Shown here piece after piece: positions 26,536-37,473 of a DNA stretch of 64,000 bases; position 1 is the stretch's first letter; each line of letters begins with the position of its first letter. A program made the translations under genes and the position numbers. Where the stretch lies: contig MU053376.1 in assembly GCA_013239625.1 (NCBI GenBank), forward strand, positions 520,833-584,832, read 5' to 3'. The notes under the pieces were generated by a model. That model saw only the letters and a list, made by a program, of their open reading frames with translations. It ran no database searches and was not told where the DNA came from. The stretch comes from Lama guanicoe (lineage: Eukaryota).

Positions 26536-29500
26536 AGAGCCTTTCTCTTCTGGTGAGGTGAGTCCCTTCTAGCTGACACGCTGGAAGGATGACATGACTC
26601 AAAGTGTCAGAGGGAAGGTACGGCGTTCTGAGTGTCTTCTCCGTGCAGGGTTTCTACTTGCTGGCCACTTAGCTACCTCAGCCCATCCTCCCAACAACCC
26701 AGTAAGTAGATACTTTTTAGAGAAACCTTGAGCTCAGTGGAGCTAAGGGATCAGACCAAGGTCCCATAGAGAGAATGTAGAGCCCGCCCATGAACCCAGG
26801 TGTGTCTCATACCCCAGCTCTTCTTATTTCTGATTCTGGTGCCAGATGCTGACTTCTAGGAGTGGAGGATGGTGGGGAGACTGGAGGAGAGCAGGGAGGA
26901 CACTGGGAGGGCATCTCCAGGGGAAAGGATGAGGTTTGTCTTGTCTACCCCTGCCCTCCGCTCCTCTCTGGAGTAAGAGACGTCAACGTTCCAGTGAAAA
27001 CCCTTTCCTGGCCTGGGAGGGAAGGGACCTGTTCCCAGGAAGAAACGTCTACATTCCTAGGTCTCTGGGCTGGCCCCGGGGAAGAGGTGTCAGTGCTTGG
27101 ATCCCTGGAAGGGAGCCTGCCTCGTTATTTCTTAATTAGGAGTGGAGGGTGCCAGTAGGTAGCACACAAAGTCATTTGTCTGCTTGCACTGCACCAAAAA
27201 GGCGGCAGGGGAGCGGAGCCAGCTTGCCTGGGCACCAATAGCAGCGCCGGGCTGAGTCCTACCGCCATGTGCTGCCAGACTTCTGCTGACTATCTGCCCA
27301 TCCTCAGGAAACCTTCTCTGATGCCTCCACACCTCTGCTGGGCTCCTGGCTGTTTACTTATCTGCCTGTCTCTCCCTCCAGACTGGAAGACTGTCAAGGG
27401 AAGAAACTGTGCTCCAAGCTGCCAGTTCCCCCAGCAGTTTGGCACACAGTAGGAGCTCAGAAAATGTCTACAGGAGGGGCGGGGCAGGGCAGGGCAGGGC
27501 AGGAAGAAAGGAGGTGGGCTGGCTGCTTCAGGGCTTCTGAAGACCAGGCGGATCAGAGTCCAGGCTCAGGCCCCTTCTGCCTCCTTCCTCGCCTTGTGAA
27601 GGAGACACACCTCAGCCCAGAGCACATCTTCTGTAGGCGCTCGCCCTGGTTTGGGCCACTTCCTTCCATGGAGAAGGCACTTCTCTGACTCAGGTTTCTG
27701 CCTCTGGATTCCACATGATCCTACAACGATCCTCACTCTCTGGTGTTCCGTCAGGTGTCCCCTCTGGAAATTCAGAGGATTCCACCCACCTCTCTGAGCT
27801 CAGGTTAGTGGTTCAAAGAAGGGCTTCGGAGTTGGCTCCCCTTGAATCCTGGTGCTGGCTGAATGACCTTGAGAATCCTTAGGTTCCGCCTCTTAATCCC
27901 TCTGTAACTTGGGGAGAGAGCCTACCTCATGAGGGGGAATCTGAAAAAGATGATGCCTGCTAAGTGCCTGGCACTCAGTAGAGTCTCCTTCCCTTTTTCT
28001 CCCTTTTGTTCCTTTTACCTAAACAGCCTGTGTCCCAGGCCCACACCAGATGGCCCATCCATGGTCATGTGGTCACTAATGCAGGCATCCTCCCCTAGGA
28101 GCCCTTCCACCCCAGGCTGACCCTCCTTCCCAATGGAACTGCCCTCTCCTGGGTCAATTCTAAGCACACCCTGGGGCCTCCAACTGGGACCCTTTTTCTG
28201 GTCTTCAGGACTCTAGAAGGCCCTTGAACTCAGTTCATTTGTAGCTCACCAATGTCTGACACACTCTCACCCAATAAGCAGCCCGCTCTTCCTGGCTCAG
28301 GTGAGTAGCTCCTCCATTTGTCCTGATGCTCCTTGGAAGGGTCGAGAGGGCCCTTCCTAGCAGACCTCTAAATGTTCCAGTTTGACGGCAGCCCACAGAC
28401 ATCCCACACTGGCCACAGCCACAAGCCAAAGGGGCAGCCAAGCCCCGATGGTGACCACCAGCCTCTCCCACCTCCCTCCCTGTAACTCCCCTTGCTCTTC
28501 CTAGAATCAGGTGGAGGGGCTGGGCAGACCCTGCAGCATCCCTGAAAGGCCCCCTCCTGCAGCCAGGCCCCCAGGACAGCCCTTCAGACACAGTGGGTTC
28601 CTGAGAGCTAGGTGCAAGGGCAGGCAGAAGGACTGGGAAGGCTTCAGAGATGCAAGCAATGCTCTTTTCTGCCCCTGTGCCTTTGCACATGCAGAGGCCC
28701 TGCCCAGGAGTCCCTTTCATTGCTTGTGTACCTTGGGAATTTCTTCCCATCTCTGAAGTCTCAGTTCACACAGCTCCTCTCTTCCCTGACCACTGCCCAC
28801 CCCCTTGCTCCTTCTCCCATCATCAGAGAACCCGCATCCACTATGATGCTCAACTCCTCTCTCAGACAGTGAGCCCCTCGAGGGCAACTCTGTGGCCTGT
28901 GGTCCCAGAACTAATGGCCAGGGAAACACCAAACTGTGCATGGTGGGGGTTGGGGGGGGTGCTGTGAGAGGGTCTGGGGCCTGAGTGGCTGAGGGGAAAG
29001 AGGCAGAACAAATGGGAAACAGACCAGTTAAACAAGGAGAAAGGCCAAAGCTCTTCTAAAGGAAAAGGAAAATGAAATCAGAATGAAAATTGATGAGGCG
29101 GAGAGAAAAGGAGACTCGTTTCACCAGCAGGTTTGCCAGATGAAGCTCAGAGATAAATCACGCGGCGGAAGGAGCCTTGGTCTCAGTGGGGCTGGCTGCC
29201 TGCTCCCCTGTCAGCTGTCTCGGCAGGCCTGCCAGATAAATGGCTGCAGCTGAGGCCCCGCGGCGGTTTTCCCCCCTTCACTGCAGTGAGAATGGCCTGC
29301 CAGTCCTCATCGCCTCCTGCAGGCCTGCCCTGCCCACTCCTTCACCTGCCCCCCCCCGCTGCAGGGCTCTCCCCGCTTCTCAGCTCCCCTCCTCAGCCCC
29401 AACATAGGCCTCTCCCTCAGCAGCCCCGCCTCGCTCTCCCCTCCCCAGCTCGGGGTCAGGGCTGTGGAGAGCATTTGTCAGAAGCCCTAGCCGACCTTCT

Positions 29501-29805
29501 GCACCCACATCCAGCCTTTCTGAAGCAGAGGTCAGGGTACGGGCACTGGTGGGAGAGGACACTAGACAGGACAGGGCTGGGTTCCAGTCCCAGCCTGGGG
29601 ACAGACCTTGGAACGTGTCCTCTTACTTCTCTGTGAAGGGAGGGGGTTGGGCCAGAGCCCACCCTGAGGCCCCTGGGCCAGCAGTTATCAGCAGCACCTG
29701 GAAACTTGTTAGAGAAGATTCTTAAGCCCACCGCAGACCTCCAGGATCGGGAACTCAGAGGACGGGGCCTAGTTACCCGTGTCTGAGCAAACCCTCTGGA
29801 GATTC

Positions 29806-30281
29806 TGTAACCCAGTAGGACCCTGGGGGGCCTTCCAGGGTCAGACTCCTCCCCCGTATCCTCTGCTGCAGCTCCTCTCTGAAGTACCCTGATAACAGGA
29901 TCTCATGCATATTTCCTGAGTTTTTCAGATGCTTCAAACCACCACCAAAGGGAAGAAATTAACTCCTTGATGATCAAGAGAATGTGGCCCCCAGACCTTC
30001 TGGCGCCTGGGGATTAACAGTGTTGACCATCCTGTTACCTCAGCATCAACCAATGAGAAGACTGTGCACAGCTGATCATGTACCCTGTGACCCCCCCCTC
30101 CCTTACGTGGCCTTTAGATACGGCTTTGCTGAGACCCTTCGGGGAGTCTGGGGTTCTCTTGGGCATGAGCCACCCCATCCTCCTTCCTCGGACCTGCAGT
30201 AAACCTTTCTCTGCTCCAGACTCTGTTTCAGTTTGTTTGGCCTCACGGTGCATTGGGCACACAAACTTGCCTTCGGCAACA
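29806..30281 (+). mobile_element. ERV solo LTR (ERV1-type, 476 bp) inserted into a MER5-type element
   Basis: TG..CA termini, 4-bp TSD ATTC (29802-29805 and 30282-30285), internal CCAAT and an AGTAAA poly(A)-like signal. The MER5-like sequence resumes after the LTR. Confidence 0.85.
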
Positions 30282-30810
30282 ATTCTGATGTATGCCCGTG
30301 TCTGAGATTTACTGGGCTAGAACATCTCCAAGGCCCCTCCAGCTGAGATGAGACTTCTGTAAACAAGAGGAGTGCCAGCCTGATAAACTGCGTGTATCAT
30401 GAGCTTCTTATCATTATCCTAACAGATAAGAGCTGAGTATTCAACCCTTCTTGCCTTCTTTGTCCTGGCCACAAGGAAACTCCCTACCCCATGAGCATTA
30501 AGACAGCGCCAACTGCATGCTGGCACTGTGCGGGGCTAGGGGTACAAGGTTATGGGGGGGCAGGTGGGAGTCACAGATTTAAACAAAAAACAAAAGCAAC
30601 TACTCTTCTAAGTCCGATACAAGTTGTCACAGAAGCACTTACCAAGGGCAACGGGGGCCCAGCCTAGGGGAGAGAACACGATCCTGCCTCCTGAGGGAAG
30701 GTGGGCAAAAATCTAGAGGAAATGGCTAAAGTCATTGAATTATACACAAAGAATGGGTGGATCTGATGGTGTGCAATGTGCCTCAAAAAGTTGTTTTAAA
30801 AAAATTCCCA

Positions 30811-30941
30811 GGGTGGGAAGGGTGTAGCTCAAGTGGTAGAGCGTATGCGCAGCACCCGAGAGGTCCCGGGTTCAATCCCCGGTACCTCCTCCAAGTAGAA
30901 ATCCACAAAGAAACCTAATTACCTCCCCCTCAGAAAAAAAA
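30811..30941 (+). mobile_element. tRNA-derived SINE (Vic-1-like)
   Basis: GTAGCTCAAGTGGTAGAG..GGGTTCAATCCCC; A-tract-TCCCCAG on both flanks (TSD). Confidence 0.85.
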
Positions 30942-31378
30942 TCCCCAGAAAGTGTTTCCTGATCACATAGGTCAGCAGATGCACAGACGGTAGAAGACAT
31001 TCTATACATGCTGGGGACACCTGGAGTGAAGGTCCTGGGATAAAAATGATGAAGTGAAGTCCAAGAACTGAGTGGTCCCCCTTAGTTCCCAAGAGTGTAG
31101 ATGAGGTGAAGAGGCTGCAGCAGCAGGCTGGCGCCAGAATAGTCTGGACACGATGCTGCAGGCAGAGGGCAGCCGGGGAGGCACCGAAGGCAGTGACTTT
31201 ACAGCCAGCAATAATAGTATCTATCATGACCGGGCACACCTTGAAATTTAAATTCTTCCCTCTCCATGATCCGATGTGACTCTCACAAAAGCCTTGCAAG
31301 GTCATAGGTCCCTTTACCTCTATTTTAATGAAAAGGACATTAAGTGACTTGCCCAAGATCATACAGCAAACAAGGAAT

Positions 31379-31515
31379 TGGAGGGAGGGTATAGCTCAAG
31401 TGGTAGAGCGCATGCTTAGCATGCATGAGGTCCTGGGTTCAATTCCCAGTACCTCCTCTAAGAATAAATAAATAAACCTAATTACATTCCCTCACCAAAT
31501 ACAAAAAACAAAACA
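31379..31515 (+). mobile_element. tRNA-derived SINE (Vic-1-like)
   Basis: A and B boxes; TSD AAACAAGGAAT on both sides. Confidence 0.9.
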
Positions 31516-32407
31516 AAACAAGGAATGGAGCCAGGGCTAAAAGATACAGTGTGCTTCCAAGTCCAGACTTATTTTCCCAGTGTGACGGCAGTGTTAATAG
31601 CGGTAGCCATTGACTGAGGACTGCGTAAGAGCCCGTCCGGTGTCTGACATGAGCGGTTGTACTGAATGCTCATAACCACGCTACGATATGGGGGGATTAC
31701 TAGCCCCATGTCACAGATGGGAGAGGATAGATACCTCGCCCAAGAGCACCCAGCTGGTAAAGCCAGGACTCGGCTCCCACTGCCCAGCCCCAGCCCTCCT
31801 CGGGTCGGGAATGGAAAGGGAGATTTCCAGCTGACTTCTTATTCAAATTCCCTTGAACCTGGGCCAACAACCCAAGAGAAAGAAACTGGCCCCCAGCCTA
31901 AGCTGAGCAACCCTTCTTTAAGGGAAGGCCCTTTCCAATCTGTCAGGGGCTTCCCTCCTCCCAGCCTGTCCCTGCCTTCTGAGTCCTGCACACCCACTGG
32001 GGGACCAGTGCCTCCCAGGGCCCAGAGCCTGCTGGATGGAAACGCTTCCATCCCATGATCAATAACAGGCATAATTCAGTAACTGCGGCAAGTACAAAGG
32101 AGTGTAGGTTAAATCAATATTTAGAAGCTTCGAAATGAAACTAATTAAGAGCAAGTCTTAATGATTTTTACTGTCTGGGAATAAAAAAGACAAAAAGCCT
32201 GCCAATATTTCATGAATCCACCTTAGTAGCTTGTAATCATTCGGGAAGAGTGGAAGATGAAAAGTGCTCCCAGCCAGCCCCATTCTCTGCATTGCAGGAG
32301 AGGGGACCACCTCAGCCTTGGTAGTGGAAGACGAGGAGGAGAAAACGGACGGATGGAGCACAGGATGCAAACAGCATTGCGGAAGGCTGCTAGCTTGGAT
32401 CAGGGGC

Positions 32408-32845
32408 TGCTATGGATTTAACTGTGTCCCCCCAAAAGAGACAATGAAGTCCTACCCCCAGAACCTGTGAACGTGACCTTCATTTAAAAATAGGGTCTTT
32501 GCAGATGTAATCAAGTAAAGATGAGGTCATGTGGGGTTAGGATGGGCCCTAATCCAATGACTGGTGTCCTTACAAGAAGAGGGAAATTTGGACACTGAGA
32601 CAGAGACACAGGGAGAATTCCACATGGTGCTGGAGACCGCGATTGAACTGCTGAAGCTGCGAGCCAGCACCAGAGGGCTGGAAGAGGCAAGGAAGGACTC
32701 TCCCCACAGGTTTCAGCGTGGCCCTGCTGACACCTTGATTTCAGACTTCCAGCCTCCAGAACCACGAGACAATTAAGTTTCCGTTGTTTTAAGCTGTCCG
32801 GTCCGTTTGCAGTACTTTGATACGGCAGCCCCCGGAAACTCACGC
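32408..32845 (+). mobile_element. MaLR LTR (MLT1A/B/C-type)
   Basis: TGCTATGGATTTAACTGTGTCCCCCCAAAA..AATAGGGTCTTTGCAGATGTAATCAAG..GACACCTTGATTTCAGACTTCCAGCCTCCAGAAC. Confidence 0.85.
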
Positions 32846-33290
32846 TGGGATCCTGGATTCTAGCTCCCACTCTGCCACTTACTAACAACGCGTGCTTGGC
32901 AAAATGTTAACTTCCATGAGCCTCGGTTTTCACCTCTGAAGAATGGGGCTAAGACTTGTGCCTTCTGTCTTTTGTCCAGAGATTCGGTTCAGATCTAATG
33001 AAAACATGAGTGTGAAATATGCAAGATGAGCTGTAAGCGCTACACGAATATCACCGAGGCTCATTGCAAGTGGAAAGAAGGAGCTCAGGAGCCCTCTGTT
33101 GGATGGGCCAGAAAGTTCCCTGCCGGCTAGCAAGGCTGGTCCAAAAATCCAATCAGAGCACAGCTGTGAGGTATCTTTGTCGCGTTAGAGATACTACGTA
33201 CACGAAGGGCATTTTTGATTGTTGTTCTCAACAGGGATTTTATTTACTACCCACTTGGCCCTAGTTTTCTCATCTGTAAAATGAAAGAGT

Positions 33291-33576
33291 TGAATAACAT
33301 TATTTTAAGGTATTTTTCAGCATCAATTCCTGTTTTTTTTTTTTTTTTAAGTAGTAACTTGCAGCCTAAACTCATCCTCATCCCAGTAACTCAGGACAAG
33401 GCGGAGGGGTGCCAGCTAAGGACTGCGGTGAGAATGAATAACATTATTTTAAGGTATTTTTCAGCATCAATTCCTGTTTTTTTTTTTTCTAAAGTAGTAA
33501 CTTGCAGCCTAAACTCATCCTCATCCCAGTAACTCAGGACAAGGCGGAGGGGTGCCAGCTAAGGACTGCGGTGAGA
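33291..33576. repeat. Near-perfect tandem duplication, period 144 bp
   Basis: 33291-33433 matches 33435-33576 except around the poly-T tract. Confidence 0.95.
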
Positions 33577-34829
33577 GCTAGGCGTGCTGTGGCTTGGTAC
33601 CCCTATGTCTGGGCTAAGGGAGGAACCAGAGCACTTTTCCTCTGTCCTCCCTCAAGCTTACCAGGCATGAAAGGAACAGGAAACCACTCAGGCAGCAAAT
33701 AAAATCTGGATCGATCATGAGATGGCTGGCATCCCAAGTCCGGCTGGCTCCCAGAGCTGTTCATCTTAAGTAAATGTTCCTAATGAGCCACTTGTACTTA
33801 ATTCTGGGGCTGTGTCTTGTTAAAGTGCAACGGAACAGGGTGGCTGAGCATGGGGCTGCCACCGCTTGTCCGGGCTTCTTCCAGGGCTCCAGTGGGGACC
33901 AGGTTCTCAGGTGATCTCTCAGAATTCTGGAAGGAGCCGCACCTTGCAGCAGTGGGGTTCTCAAATGGGGGACCAACGTTCCGACCATATGACAACCAAT
34001 GTTCTTCCCAGGCAGGTATCTGTGTGGTGAGTGAGCGTCTGTACGCATTGCCCTCACAGGAAGGAACGCATCAGAAGCCTCACCTTGATTACCACCACCA
34101 CCACGATGCTGTCACCTGAGATGTACCTGCAGCCACCACGGTGGTCACCCCACCTGCAGCACATCATCTCTGTTAATATCACCAGCCCCACTGTCGCCAC
34201 TGCCCTCAGCTGTGATCACGAGACACCCAGGCTCACTGCCAGCGCCACACATCACTTAGGACACCCTCCATTAGCATCACTAACCCCCCATCCACTGCCA
34301 CAACCCTGGGCATCGTTAAGTACCCTGATCATCAAAGGAAAATTTGTACGGCTTCATTGCTGTGACTTGTACAGAATCTGGAAACAGGTATGAATTTCAC
34401 CATTGGGAAATACACATTAGATGAGACCCTACGATGCTAACATGAGAATGAGTGGATTCACATATACACAGAATGTCCACCCTAAAAGAGGCATGAACGT
34501 GGACATGTGATGCCCACACGGAGAGCACCGGGGGAAGGGGCGTGGGGCTGGAAGGGTAAGCAAGGGACAGGCCAATGAGAGCTCCACAGTCTCCTTGGGG
34601 AAAATAAAAATGACACTCCTTTGCCTCCTGTTATCTCTGTTTTTCAATTCTGGCTGCACCATAGGTTCATACGGGGAGCTTTCAAAACATACTGGTGCCT
34701 ACATCCCACTCCAGACCAATTAAACCAATCTCTGGGGGTAGAATGCAGGCACTGTATTAAAAAAAAAACAAAACTCCCCAGGATTTCTTTGTATGTAAAT
34801 TTTACACCAAAAGAAAAACAAAATTGTAA

Positions 34830-35070
34830 ATAAAGTTGAATTCCATAGTTGCTGAAGTATTGAGGGAAAAGTGTACTGACAGCTGCAGTTTACTTTGAAA
34901 TGAATCAAAAATAAGATGGAGAGATGGAGAGATGGAGAGAGAGGGGATAAAACAAGTCTAGTAAAGGGTTAATGGTGGAATCTAGGCAGTGGGTTTATGG
35001 TTGCTCACTGTAAAATTCCTTCAAACTTGCTGTACATTTGAAACTTTCATAATAAAATATTGGTGAAAAA
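34830..35070 (+). mobile_element. L1MC/MD-type 3' end
   Basis: TTTACTTTGAAATGAATCAAAAATAAGATGG..GAATCTAGG..GAAACTTTCATAATAAAA. Confidence 0.65.
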
Positions 35071-35520
35071 AAATCCCCACTGGTTTTGTGGGGAAGCTAG
35101 GACTGAGAACCACTGCATCTAAAAAAAAAAATCCATAAGCAAGTGAATTTCTCTTTCCTCCACCTTCCATGTGTGGAAAAAAACACACCCTCTTTCTCAT
35201 CAAACTCATCGGGCTCTTGTGCAGGGTTTCCCAACCCTTCCTGGGTCGTGGCACAAGCAGACAAGTGTATTTGTATGGTGCATCTGGGGAAAAGGAGGCG
35301 GCTGCTTGCAGCAGGAGTGGGTGGCTGGGGAGACAGCCCGCTGCTCAGGCCTTGCAGGGCTGCCCCAAGCACCCAGGACCCACTGCCATACCAGTCGGCC
35401 AGCCCTGCTCTGCTCAAATGTCCCCGAGTCTCCCCTTTCTAAAGCCCCCGGCTCAGCATTCTTAGCAGGGATTAAATCCTTTCCCAGGAAAACCAGACCA
35501 GAGTCTATTGCAGTGCGTGC

Positions 35521-35543
35521 GTGTGTGTGTGTGTGTGTGTGTG
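35521..35543. repeat. (GT)n microsatellite
   Basis: Directly visible; preceded by GTGCGTGC. Confidence 0.95.
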
Positions 35544-36207
35544 GTGGGGCGGACACTGCAGGCAGGGGCCAGGCCCCGTGCCTCATCTGTATGCTCCTCC
35601 ACAGCCTGCTGGCCCTGTCGGGAGAGTGCCATGGCAACACTGTGCTCTTTAAACACCGGAGTTTGTGCTGCCATTGCAAAGCAGCATTAGGCAATTTAAT
35701 TAAGGAGCTGGCAGCAGACAAACTTTGTGAGTTAAAGGCATTTTATTAAATCCCATTGTATTATGCAGCTCAGTTCCCCCAGGAACTGCCGAGCTGAGGG
35801 AGGACAGAGGAGAATTTGCTGGGGTTTTCTTTGCTCTGCTTTTTCCTGGCCTCCCTTCTGCTTCGTGAATGCATTCACTGAATGTAGGGGCGATCCCAAC
35901 TGTGCCTGCCTGCTCCCCCAAGCCTGCGAGTCAGGCCTTGGCCCGAGGTCTGCAGGCACAGTGTGGGGGTGTGATCCCCAGCACTGATCTGCATACGACC
36001 ATCAGTGGGGCACTCTCAGAGCGTTAGGTCAGGCCAACCCGAGCTTCGGTATTTACAGCGCTACCAGGCTCAGTGTTGCCTGTACATAATCTCACTGAAT
36101 CCTCCCACACCCTGGGAGTGGGAAGTGCTGGCGTTCCCATTCTACAGATAAGGCAACTGAGGCTGACAGAGGTTAAGAAGCTCGCCCAGGACCTTGTAAA
36201 TAGTCAT

Positions 36208-36564
36208 TGATAGACAAGACCAACTCCATTTTGATGATCTGCCGCCATTTCGGGACAAACCTAGACGACCGCAAGCCACAGTTTCTGCCTTCTGCCTGTA
36301 AAACCCTCCCCGGACCTAAGAGAGAACTACTGGCCGGAGAGGTCACCAGACACGCCCCCATCTCTTTCAGACACGCCCCTCTCACGGTCATCAGCCCTCA
36401 TTTGCATAAGAACTCACCAATCAGCTCCTACCCCCAGGCATAAATAACCAAGCCTGTACGCAGAGAGCTGGTGGGCGCAGGTCTAACTGGAGAACCCGTC
36501 TGAGAGTTTCTTGCAATAAACCTGACTGCCGTTGAGCTGTCTCTGATCCTTTCAGATTCTAACA
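36208..36564 (+). mobile_element. ERV solo LTR (357 bp), CpG-retaining, inserted into a MIR
   Basis: Termini TGATAGA..TCTAACA (6/7 inverted match); octamer 36400-36407, CCAAT 36417-36421, TATA-like 36439-36446, AATAAA 36515-36520; flanks GTCAT/GTTGT. Confidence 0.8.
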
Positions 36565-37432
36565 GTTGTGACTGCAGAGGCCAAGGTTCCCTGTTACCTC
36601 GTAAGGCGACTGATCTTTTCCTATTTCAGCCTTCAGAATGGGTTCCACTCCAGGAGCCCAACCAGGAGGTTAATTCCAGGGTGAAGCTGGGGTGGGACCA
36701 GGGGTTCTCCAGGACCCTGACCTCCTAAGCCATCACACCTAGAATGTGTGAATGTGCCTCCTGAAAGGTCACACCCAGGCCCCGAGAACTTGCCGACACG
36801 CTTGAGGGTGTCCAACCTGTCTTCCTGGCCGCCCCAGGGAGAGGGTCTGGCTGGGACCTGAAGCCAAATCCATCTCCTCTAAGAACCAAAGATCAGGAAA
36901 CCAGATGAAATGTCATAGGATGCTGCGGCTGGATGTGGGGTAGAACATCCTGGGTGAGAGAGAGGTTGAAATAAAAAAGGCATGACTTGCCAAGAAACCG
37001 CACGACAGCTCATCTGCCCCAAGCGGGCTGCGGAAGGGTGACTGGGGCTCCCATGCCTGCCAAGGACCCCACTCTGAAGCTGCCCTCCCCTGGCAGCCTC
37101 CTCGGGTCCTCACCTGGGAGAGTTCCTCCCATGTGAGCAAGCACAGGGGAGTCCGGCACAGGCCTGGGCAGCTCAGGGGAGGCCCACTGTCCTCTGGGGA
37201 CCCAGTGGGCTCCTGAGCCATGGGGCCTCCTCAGCTTCTGCAGTTGGTCAGCCTCAGGAGCCCAGAGCTGCGCCAGGAAGGGGTGGAATGCCTTCCACTC
37301 TGCAAACATTCACTGAGCCCCAGCCGGTGCCTGCCCTCCAGACCTGTGGACTGTCCTCTTGGGCTCAGTTTTCTCAATCCTAAACTGGGGGCAGTGACAT
37401 ATGCCTTGTCTAGCTAAAACAGATGCAAAACG

Positions 37433-37473
37433 AGGGGAGGCTATAGCTCAGGGGTAGAGTGCATGCTTAGCAT
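37433..37473 (+). mobile_element. 3'-truncated SINE head (A box only)
   Basis: GGGGAGGCTATAGCTCAGGGGTAGAGTGCATGCTTAGCAT, then an abrupt switch to AT-rich sequence. Confidence 0.7.

Noticed and set aside
35171..35749. Overlapping 171-192 aa ORFs on both strands
   Set aside because: They span a GT repeat and have low-information composition; chance ORFs in GC-rich DNA.
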